Below, piece by piece: positions 54,415 to 62,556 of a stretch of DNA of 64,000 nt (positions are counted from its first letter, which is position 1; every line of letters begins with the position of its first letter). The position numbers were made by a program, and so were the translations under genes. Under the pieces are notes generated by a model. It ran no database searches, was not told the DNA's origin, and saw nothing but the letters and a program-made list of their open reading frames with translations. The stretch is from Chloroflexi bacterium B3_Chlor (lineage in GTDB: Bacteria; Chloroflexota; Anaerolineae; UBA7937; B3-Chlor): assembly GCA_005223035.1 (NCBI GenBank), contig NJBK01000009.1:7613-71612 (forward strand), written 5' to 3'.

Positions 54415-56432
54415 ACAGAGATCTTCTCGGGTTCGTAGCCAGTCGACCGGGAGGCTTCAGTGCAGTGTCCGACTGGGAGTCTTGAGATGAGGTAGGCAGA
54501 TATCCCAAACAGTGCCAAGCCCGCGTATAACCTCATCGAAAGTAGGACCTTCGCTGGACCGTTTAGGAAGCTCGTGGCGTAACTGGCAATTGGGATGCAG
54601 AGCGTTATACAGGAGAGCAAGCCGACGGTCGCCAGAGCCGAGCATGTCTTCCTAGATAGACTGAGTCTCAGTCTGGGATTCACGAGAACGAGCAACGGCA
54701 ACACATACCAAGCCATGTAGTGATGCCACGCTATGCTGGAGATCAGAGGCAATAGGATGACGACCAGCGAGTACTCCACGTCGAAACCGAGATCGTTCCC
54801 AGACACCAGTCTCTTGCGAAGGAGAAACGCCACGATTCCGACCAACAGCGCCGAGGTCAGGAGAGTCAGGATCCGTGCCTGAGGCAGCGGGGGAACTTCT
54901 GCGAGCTCAGTAATGAACGGGGCCTCTAGGTACAGCCTGTTGAAGAACCCGTTCAAGCTTTGGTTGTCCATTTGCGCGCTTCCCGCAAGCAGGGTCGGCA
55001 GTATGTCTGTGAGGAATACTATGTGGGCTTTGGGTCCCGCAACGAGCAAAGAGAGTGAGCCGATAAGGGCGACTGTGGCGAACGCTGAGGCGACTACGCG
55101 GAACCGCCTCTTGACGAGAAAGTAAAGTAGCAGTAGGCCCGGGCTGAGCTTGATCATTGCCGCCAAACCAAGCGAGGCGCCAGCCACCACTTCACGACCG
55201 CTTCGGTAGCCCCAATAGGAAACGACTATCAAGAATAGGATCAGTAGGTCCAGTTGGCCCAGGAGCATGGAATCAAGGACAGGATCCAGGTTCAGTACCA
55301 GAGCCAAGGCGACAAGCCAATACGGATATCGGAGCAGATACTCCTTCTTCGCCGCGACGATGAGCGCTAGCGATGCTATCAGGAGAAACACGTTGAGGGA
55401 GAAGAACAATCTGATGGCGGTTCGCAAATCGAATAGCGTGAGGGGCATTGTCAGGATGGCGGTAAGAGGGGGGTTGTCATAGCCTACGAACAGAGGCAGG
55501 TTCGTATTGTATAGCGTCCCTCCTGATCTCAGCACCATCGCACCAGTGTAGTTGTTGGCAAAATCGGGGGCGACTCCCATCCATGAGAGCTCAGCCATGG
55601 ATGCGAATCTCCAGAGCCCCAATACTACTGCGAGCACGAGTGCCGTAGACAGTGGTATGGCTTTGGCCATAGGGGGTATGCGGCGCGCAAGTTCCATTAT
55701 CAGGACACCCAAGCCTGGGATCGCAAGCACCCAGAATGAGTGGGGTGCCAGGTAGATCCTCCCCACGGCCAGGGCCAAGGAGAGTCCCAGCAGGGCGAGG
55801 ACGCCAACAGCAAATGCGCCTCGTCTGGAGAGCACCCAGCGGGCGAGGAGGTATATGGCTGACACAGCACCAACCAGATAGATCGCGGGCAAGAGGGCTG
55901 GGATCACAATAGCGGTTGGCTCTCCCTGAAGCTCTACTGATACGAAGTCGACTAGGACTCCGAGCTGTCTGAGGTCACCTCCGCCCATCACCTGATTCGG
56001 CACGAAGAACTCAGGGCTGATCTCCACCTCGAGATTCCCCGAAATGCCCACAGTCCCCCTTGAAACAGCAAACTCATAGATCTCGAACTGGTCGGTGGCA
56101 GTGAAAGAGGCCACTTCGTGGCCGTTGGCCGCAATGGACACACGGGGCAGGGGCAAACCAGACGGTCGAGAGCCGTTCAGACGAACACGCAGGAGAGCGG
56201 GTGCATTCCCGCCGATGCCCGGGAGAGCAACCGACGATCGATCACTACTCCAGCGGTAGGATACACCGTCTGCGCGCTCGGCATCATGGAAGTTCCGAAG
56301 GTAGGAACCATCTCCTTTCTCTCCCAGGTCTATCTGCATCGGCGCTTTGACCTGGTAGGCAAGGGTGAGCACCACGACCGAGATTGCCCACAATACGTAG
56401 ACGGATTTGCTCTTCAGTTCGTTTACGACCAT
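54411..56432 (-). CDS. Polytopic GT-C-type membrane glycosyltransferase (DUF2029/GT87-like) with N-terminal extracytoplasmic beta domain
   Basis: 673 aa. One TM, a ~150-aa soluble domain, then ~14 TM with long hydrophobic blocks. The stop overlaps the start of the next gene by 4 nt. Family assignment is from general resemblance only. Confidence 0.5.
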   Translation of the reverse strand: MVVNELKSKSVYVLWAISVVVLTLAYQVKAPMQIDLGEKGDGSYLRNFHDAERADGVSYRWSSDRSSVALPGIGGNAPALLRVRLNGSRPSGLPLPRVSIAANGHEVASFTATDQFEIYEFAVSRGTVGISGNLEVEISPEFFVPNQVMGGGDLRQLGVLVDFVSVELQGEPTAIVIPALLPAIYLVGAVSAIYLLARWVLSRRGAFAVGVLALLGLSLALAVGRIYLAPHSFWVLAIPGLGVLIMELARRIPPMAKAIPLSTALVLAVVLGLWRFASMAELSWMGVAPDFANNYTGAMVLRSGGTLYNTNLPLFVGYDNPPLTAILTMPLTLFDLRTAIRLFFSLNVFLLIASLALIVAAKKEYLLRYPYWLVALALVLNLDPVLDSMLLGQLDLLILFLIVVSYWGYRSGREVVAGASLGLAAMIKLSPGLLLLYFLVKRRFRVVASAFATVALIGSLSLLVAGPKAHIVFLTDILPTLLAGSAQMDNQSLNGFFNRLYLEAPFITELAEVPPLPQARILTLLTSALLVGIVAFLLRKRLVSGNDLGFDVEYSLVVILLPLISSIAWHHYMAWYVLPLLVLVNPRLRLSLSRKTCSALATVGLLSCITLCIPIASYATSFLNGPAKVLLSMRLYAGLALFGISAYLISRLPVGHCTEASRSTGYEPEKISV

Positions 56433-56457
56433 CCCACTCTCAGTATAGCATTCACAT

Positions 56458-59409
56458 TCAGGGGACTACGTGAACCACTCCCAACAGAAGTCGGTCTTCT
56501 TTCACCACTTGATCGTGGCTAAGGACGGACAGACGTTGACCCGTGCTGGCATCATACATGCCGATCTCTATCACGTACTCACCAGGGGGAGCGTCCGGAT
56601 CCACAATTATCTCATACTCGTCGGTGATGACCTCTCCCTCCATCCAACTGGTGGTCGGGAAGGCGCCATAGCCAGGAACGCTGTCTCTCTGTCCCCAAAT
56701 CCCTTCCTCCGCATCTAACAGGTGGGTGAATACCGTGTATGAGATCGGTATCTCCTGCAACGCTTGCCAGTACAGCGTTAGCTGGAAAGCTCCACCAGCT
56801 GTCACCTCATCGCTGCTCAAGTCATACCCCAGGAACTGTACACCCTGGCCAAGCCTCGCTTCCACAGGGTGTTGGATCCCAGGCACGACGAACTGACGAG
56901 TTCGGCCCCGTACATCAATTCGCTCCAGGCTCACCTGGGTCAGCAAGCTGTCATCTTCTGATATGGCTAAAGAGACCTGGTAGCTACCTTGTGGCATGTC
57001 CGCGGGCAAGGCTAGATCGTGCCAGTCTTTCAGGACTTCCCCTTCGGCCCATTCAGTCGTCGGATAGGTACCGTAGACAGCTGAGTCAAACCTGTGAGCC
57101 CACACCTCCCCTTGCTCGTCGGTGAGTTGCACCGCAAACAGGTAGTCTCGGTTGACATTCTCCAGAGCCTGCCAATATAACGCTACACTCAATTCATCTC
57201 CTGGGTTTGCTTCTCTTCGAGGCAAGTCATAGCCCAGTAGCCTGATGCCTGGCGCTACTTCTCCCTTATCCTTCTCTATTCCTACCTCTGGTTCTACCCC
57301 AGCAGCCACCAGGGGTCTTACTATTTCCATCATCCCCACTTCACGCGTCTGCCGGCCCCCGACTGTCCGAACCACCTCCAGGCTTTCGGCATCGTACACC
57401 GTCACGCCTACCTTGTACCGCCCAGGCGCCATACCGTCCCAACTGGGCAAGATGTAGTAATCAATCTCCTCTTGGCCAGCTCGCCAATCTCGCGTCGGAT
57501 GCAGATAGTTGCTCAAGAGCAGCTTGTCTACCTGCCCTGCTCTGTGATCCCCTTCGTCCTGCAGGTACACTGCCACCTTGTAGTTCCCCCTTGGCACTGC
57601 TAGCGCCCGCCAGCGCAGTACTACCCAACCGCTCTTTCCTGAAGGTAGTTCTCTCCGCTCCACCTCCTGTGGCGTACTCGTATCCTGCAAGGACGATCCG
57701 CCGAACGCCATTCCTGTCAGCATCAGTTCATCGCCGAAGTTGACGGTCAAGGGTTCGAAGTTCTCAGCTATCGAGAAAGTTGCAGACCCTGGCACCTTGT
57801 AGGTTACTACGTCAAAGGCCTCGTAGCTCTTCCTGTCCAGTTCTCGTCCGTACTTGTGGAACAAGAAGGGAATCAACCCTTTGGGGTCTGCAGCCATGGC
57901 GTTGTAGGCCTTTTCCAGCACGTATCCTTTCCAATCAATCACCAATGCCTTGCGCATTCCTCTACATATGGTCGATACCTCACTCGGCGCCGTCGCCTCG
58001 TCAAGGCTGACGGTGTAGTAGGGAGCACCGCCTTGATACAAGAAGTCAAAGTGATCGCCGCCATATCCACTTGGTACGTGAGACGTCAAGGGCAGTATCC
58101 AGAGCGAGTCAGGAACTTGCGTCTGATTCATGACTGCGGCGGCGGCCGTATAGGCGCCATCATATCCTTGCCGTAGGTTCTCCCGTGTGTCCCATACCAC
58201 GAAGTAGTCCCGGTAGGTAGCGGCGGTTGTGAAAAGGACGGAAATGGAAAGAACCACAGTGGCAACGATGGTAAGCAGTCGTCCGGTAGCTATCCTGGCT
58301 TTGACCCATTCCCAGGCCGAGAGCATTCCAATCGCAGGTAGAATGCACGTGACGGGAAGGGCGCCGATGCTGCGAGAAAAGTGAGGAATCTGCCCTGCGG
58401 TGAGAATCGCTGGAAGGCACATGGTAACCAGCCATATCAAGAGGACAAAATGCGATGGTTCCCTGCACCTGCGTAAGATTACGCAGAGTCCCAGAGCGAA
58501 CCATATTGAGGCCAGGGGATCCAGAACAGGCCGTCTAGCGGGGTTGTAGACCAGGTACCCGTCCCCTTTGAAGTTGAACATAGCTATCGTCTTGGCACAG
58601 GATGTCACCAACGCTACAAAAGGCGATCCGCCGCTCACTTCGGGGTTCAGAAGGGACACCGATCTCGCGCGCTCCGTAAAGGTGTCGAAGTTGCTCGCAG
58701 CGAAGAGACCCAAGGGAGCAGCGATGGCGAAGCAAACAGTGAATAGAAGCAGCACGTTGAGCCAGTGTGTGCGAAGGAATTGACTGTCGCGCCAAGTGTA
58801 GTAGGCCAGCAGTGCAAACACCAGGACAGGCAAGAAGTAGGCCGCTGGATAGGTGTAGAAGGCGAGCCCCAGGGTGAGGCCACCCAAAAGGAAGAAGGCC
58901 CGGCGACCTGACTTCCGTGCGCGCAAGAGACAGTACAGGATTAGGATCCCAAAAAGGGGCACAAGGATCGGTTCGATTGCCAGGCGGCTGTAGACGATAT
59001 GCCAGTAGGACGTCGCCAAGAAATACGTGGCGAGAAGTGCTGTGATGGACCACGGGCCCCTTCTGCCTGTTGGAGGGAAGAGCTCCCTTACCAGAAGATA
59101 GAAAACGGGTATGGTCACGATTCCAACCAAAGCCGCCCCAAACCGAGCGGTCTGGATACTCGTTCCAACGAGGCGAAAGAGAATGGCAATCCAATAGGCG
59201 TACATTGGTAGCGCCCCGTACATTCCGCGCAGAAAGACGGGGTAGTTCTCCCCCTGTGCGATAGCCAAGGCTTCCAGGCCATGAGTAGCCTCATCCGCCG
59301 TCATGCCCCTGGGCAGGCTGTCCAGTCTGAAGATCCTGAAAAAGATGGCCACCAGGACAATGATGGCAAGAAGGAGGAGGAGTTGACTCCTCGAATCGAG
59401 TCGCTTCAT
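56458..59409 (-). CDS. GT-C (GT39/ArnT/PMT_2-like) membrane glycosyltransferase with three C-terminal ~140-aa modules (paralogue 1)
   Basis: 983 aa. N-terminal FRIFRLDSLPRGMTADEATHG (first-loop DE motif), ~12 TM, then three tandem modules (see repeat features). Confidence 0.75.
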   Translation of the reverse strand: MKRLDSRSQLLLLLAIIVLVAIFFRIFRLDSLPRGMTADEATHGLEALAIAQGENYPVFLRGMYGALPMYAYWIAILFRLVGTSIQTARFGAALVGIVTIPVFYLLVRELFPPTGRRGPWSITALLATYFLATSYWHIVYSRLAIEPILVPLFGILILYCLLRARKSGRRAFFLLGGLTLGLAFYTYPAAYFLPVLVFALLAYYTWRDSQFLRTHWLNVLLLFTVCFAIAAPLGLFAASNFDTFTERARSVSLLNPEVSGGSPFVALVTSCAKTIAMFNFKGDGYLVYNPARRPVLDPLASIWFALGLCVILRRCREPSHFVLLIWLVTMCLPAILTAGQIPHFSRSIGALPVTCILPAIGMLSAWEWVKARIATGRLLTIVATVVLSISVLFTTAATYRDYFVVWDTRENLRQGYDGAYTAAAAVMNQTQVPDSLWILPLTSHVPSGYGGDHFDFLYQGGAPYYTVSLDEATAPSEVSTICRGMRKALVIDWKGYVLEKAYNAMAADPKGLIPFLFHKYGRELDRKSYEAFDVVTYKVPGSATFSIAENFEPLTVNFGDELMLTGMAFGGSSLQDTSTPQEVERRELPSGKSGWVVLRWRALAVPRGNYKVAVYLQDEGDHRAGQVDKLLLSNYLHPTRDWRAGQEEIDYYILPSWDGMAPGRYKVGVTVYDAESLEVVRTVGGRQTREVGMMEIVRPLVAAGVEPEVGIEKDKGEVAPGIRLLGYDLPRREANPGDELSVALYWQALENVNRDYLFAVQLTDEQGEVWAHRFDSAVYGTYPTTEWAEGEVLKDWHDLALPADMPQGSYQVSLAISEDDSLLTQVSLERIDVRGRTRQFVVPGIQHPVEARLGQGVQFLGYDLSSDEVTAGGAFQLTLYWQALQEIPISYTVFTHLLDAEEGIWGQRDSVPGYGAFPTTSWMEGEVITDEYEIIVDPDAPPGEYVIEIGMYDASTGQRLSVLSHDQVVKEDRLLLGVVHVVP
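56461..57759 (-). repeat. Three tandem coding modules (A 57289-57759, B 56881-57288, C 56461-56880) in paralogue 1
   Basis: Modules B and C share LLGYDL..PG..L.V.LYWQAL....Y..F..L.D..G..W.Q.D..P..G.[YF]PTT.W..GEV..D......P.D.P.G.Y. Module A is a more distant variant (VVLRWRAL..NYKVAVYLQD..HPTRDW..). Confidence 0.7.
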
Positions 59410-59478
59410 GGTTCTCTAGTTGCCCTTCGCGGGGAGTTCCAGAGCATCTGACACGTTACAGCCACGCAAGCCTCCCCC

Positions 59479-62445
59479 TCACTCGCTGGCAACGAGTCGT
59501 ATTCCTTCCAATAGGATCCTGTCTTCTTGCAGTTCGCCTCGGATGTCATATACTAGTAAGCGCTGTCCCGTGTTTGCGTCGTACATACCGATCTCGATCA
59601 CGTATTCACCGGGTGGAGCGGCCGAATCCACAACTATCTCATACTCATCGGCGATGACTTCCCCCTCTAGCCAACTCGTCGTCGGCGCTTCGCCCCGGCC
59701 AGGAAAGCTGTCCTTCTGGCCCCGGATGCGGTTCTCCGCATCCAATAGGTGAGTGAACACTTTGTATGAGACCTGCATCTCTCCTAACGCTTGCCAGTAT
59801 AGCGTCAAATGCAAAGTTCCCCCGGCACTTACTTCATTGGTGTTCAAATCATATCCCAGGAACTGTATCCCTTCTCCAAGCCTGGCTTCCCGGGAGTGTC
59901 GGATCTCCGGCACGACGAATTGACGCGCACGGCCCCGTACATAAATGCGCTCCAGACCTACCCGGTTGAGCAAGCTGTCATCTTCTGACATGAGCACAGA
60001 GATCTGGTAGCTAGCTTGTGCCATGTCGGCAGGTAGGGGTACAGCATGCCAGTCCCTCAGGATCTCCCCTTCAGTCCAATCAGTCGTGGGATAGGTACCG
60101 TAGACTGGTGGGTCGAATTCCTCAGCCCACACTTGCCCTTGTGCGTCGGTCAGTTGGACCGCTAGCAGATAGTCTCGGTTCACATCCTCCAGGGTCTGCC
60201 AATACAATGCCACACTCAGCTTATCTCCTGGAGTCACCTCTCTTCGAGGCAGGTCATATCCTAATAGCCTGATCCCTGGGGCCAGCTCCCCAATGTCTCC
60301 CGCTATCGTTACTTGTGGTTGCACTGCACCGGGAGTCAGAGGTCTCACTATCTCTATCGTTCCCAATTCATGAGTCTGGCCCCCTCCGACTACTCCTACC
60401 GCCTCCAAACTCTCCGCATCATATACCGTCACGCCTAGCTTGTACCGCCCAGGCGCCGTACCTCCCCAACTGGGCAACGTATAGTAGTCAATCTCCTCCT
60501 GTCCAGCCTGCCAATCTCGCGTCGGATGCAGATAGTTGCTCAAGAGCAGCTTGTCTGCCTGTCCTGCGATATGTCCACCTTCGTCCTGCAGGTGCACTGC
60601 CACCTTGTAGTTTCGGCTTGGCGCCCCTAACGCCCGCCAGCGCAATACCACCCAACCGCTCTTTCCTGAAGGTAGTTCTCTTCTCTCCACCTCCTGTGGC
60701 GTACTTGTATCCTGCAAGGATGACCCTCCGAAGGCCATTCCTGTTAGGATCAGTTCATCGCCAAAGTTCACGGTCAAGGGCTCGAAGTTCTCAGCTATGG
60801 AGAAGGCAAGCGACTCCGGCAACTGGTAGGTTATTACATCAAACGCTTCGTAGGCATTCCTGTCCAGTTCCCGTCCATATTTCCTGAGCAGGAAGTCCAT
60901 CAGCGCCTTGGGATCGGAGTTCCATGAGGTGTAGGCTTCTTCTAAGACGTACCACTTCCAGTTCACTACAGCAGCCTGCTGTTGTCCGTCGCAGATCTCG
61001 CTCAAGTCCGTCGGCGCAGTCTCTTCGTCAACGTAGATAGTAGACTCCGGCTCGGGGCCGTCGTACAGGAAGGAAACCTCATAGAAGGGGAGTTCGCGCG
61101 GTCGCAAGGTTGTCGCCGGGAGTATCCACACCCCGTTCGGGATCCGAGTCGCGTTCATGACCGCGGCGGCCTTGATGTAGGTGAGGCCCAGGATCTCACC
61201 CTTCGCTAAGCGCTGCTGCCACGGTACGAAGTAGTCCCTGTAACTGAGAAGAGTCGTGGAAACCAGGATGCAAGGGAGGGCCGCCCAGAAGACCCCGCGA
61301 GCGCCTCGCCACGATATTCTCGCTTCCAGCCAGGATTTGACGGAAGCGACTCCGATCGCGGACAGCAGGCACAGGGCAGGAAGGGCGCCTATTCCCCTCG
61401 TGAATGAAGGCAGATGTTCGAAGGTGAAGGCCCCAGGCAGGGCCATCGTCAGGAACCAAAGCAGTACGAAGCGATAGGTGCTGCTTTTCCACCTTAGGGC
61501 CGTGACGGCCAAGCCGATCAGGAAACATACTGAGCTGACAGGATCCAGAACTGGTCGTCTACCCGGGTTCCAAACCACGTTGTAGTCACCCTTGAAACTG
61601 AACATGCCCATGGTCCTGACCAGGCTCTCGACGAAGTCGCGGACAGGAGTACCTCGTCCTACTTCAGGGTTGAATACGAAGACGTGCACCTCACGAGAGA
61701 AGAAGACCTCTGGATGCACAGCGGCATAGACAGCCAGGGGGATGCATGTCACGGCGGCCACCATGACCAGCAACGCTACATTGACGAGATGACGCTGCCG
61801 GAAAGCGGCGTCGTTCAACACCCAACAGCCGAATAGGATGACCAGGAAAACAGGCAGGAAACGGGCCGCGCGATACCCATACAGGGTCGCGCCCAACAGC
61901 ACACCTGAGACCAGGAAGGGCCATCGCTTCTGAGAGCGGATCCCACGCCATAGGAAGTACATTGCGGCACTGGAGAAGAGGGGCAGCGTGGCTGGGTCTT
62001 GGCCAGCGCGGCTAAATGTTATGTGCCAATATGAAGTGCCAATCCAAAATGCGGACAAGATCGCCACCAATGATGGCGAATCCTCATCGGTCGGGAATAT
62101 CTCCTTGGCTAGCCAAAACAGAACCGGTATCGTGAGGACTCCCACTGCCGCAGAAGCAAAGCGGATAGCCCATAAGCTAGTACCCCACAACGCGAAGGAA
62201 AAGGCGACAAGATAGGTGTGCATGGGTGCCACGCCCCACCGATTGGACAGGTAGACGGGGTATTCCTCTCCTCTCAGGATGCGCTTGGCGCCATAGCCGT
62301 CAGCACCTTGATCACCGTCCACGCCAACAGGGATTGCCTGAAGTTGGTGGAAGCGCACGAATATGGCTAACGCCATGATTAGGGTCAGCGCAAGGTATTC
62401 CTTCTTCTTCGCGCTAAGGGTCCTTGACCTTACGCTTCCCAACAT
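59479..62445 (-). CDS. GT-C (GT39/ArnT/PMT_2-like) membrane glycosyltransferase with three C-terminal ~140-aa modules (paralogue 2)
   Basis: 988 aa, colinear with paralogue 1. The membrane domain is diverged (first-loop VGVDGDQGADG) but the C-terminal 470 aa are highly similar to paralogue 1. Confidence 0.75.
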   Translation of the reverse strand: MLGSVRSRTLSAKKKEYLALTLIMALAIFVRFHQLQAIPVGVDGDQGADGYGAKRILRGEEYPVYLSNRWGVAPMHTYLVAFSFALWGTSLWAIRFASAAVGVLTIPVLFWLAKEIFPTDEDSPSLVAILSAFWIGTSYWHITFSRAGQDPATLPLFSSAAMYFLWRGIRSQKRWPFLVSGVLLGATLYGYRAARFLPVFLVILFGCWVLNDAAFRQRHLVNVALLVMVAAVTCIPLAVYAAVHPEVFFSREVHVFVFNPEVGRGTPVRDFVESLVRTMGMFSFKGDYNVVWNPGRRPVLDPVSSVCFLIGLAVTALRWKSSTYRFVLLWFLTMALPGAFTFEHLPSFTRGIGALPALCLLSAIGVASVKSWLEARISWRGARGVFWAALPCILVSTTLLSYRDYFVPWQQRLAKGEILGLTYIKAAAVMNATRIPNGVWILPATTLRPRELPFYEVSFLYDGPEPESTIYVDEETAPTDLSEICDGQQQAAVVNWKWYVLEEAYTSWNSDPKALMDFLLRKYGRELDRNAYEAFDVITYQLPESLAFSIAENFEPLTVNFGDELILTGMAFGGSSLQDTSTPQEVERRELPSGKSGWVVLRWRALGAPSRNYKVAVHLQDEGGHIAGQADKLLLSNYLHPTRDWQAGQEEIDYYTLPSWGGTAPGRYKLGVTVYDAESLEAVGVVGGGQTHELGTIEIVRPLTPGAVQPQVTIAGDIGELAPGIRLLGYDLPRREVTPGDKLSVALYWQTLEDVNRDYLLAVQLTDAQGQVWAEEFDPPVYGTYPTTDWTEGEILRDWHAVPLPADMAQASYQISVLMSEDDSLLNRVGLERIYVRGRARQFVVPEIRHSREARLGEGIQFLGYDLNTNEVSAGGTLHLTLYWQALGEMQVSYKVFTHLLDAENRIRGQKDSFPGRGEAPTTSWLEGEVIADEYEIVVDSAAPPGEYVIEIGMYDANTGQRLLVYDIRGELQEDRILLEGIRLVASE
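59482..60786 (-). repeat. Three tandem coding modules (A 60316-60786, B 59908-60315, C 59482-59907) in paralogue 2; near-identical DNA tracts with 56461-57860
   Basis: Same module order as paralogue 1, offset ~3.02 kb. For example FSIAENFEPLTVNFGDEL(M/I)LTGMAFGGSSLQDTSTPQEVERRELPSGKSGWVVLRWRAL is conserved but for one residue. Confidence 0.7.
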
Positions 62446-62556
62446 GATTGGCTAGTTCCTGTCATGGTGAGCATCCGATGCGTCTTCGCCAAGTCCAACG
62501 TCTCTCAGTAGTCAACTCCCGGCGCGCCACCTATCCCTGGATATTCAGTCGGCGAT

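Noticed and set aside
56458-62445. ~3-kb direct duplication as an IS element or composite transposon
   Set aside because: There is no transposase and no terminal inverted repeats. The similar tracts are in-frame parts of paralogous glycosyltransferase genes with diverged 5' halves. This is a tandem gene family, not a mobile element.
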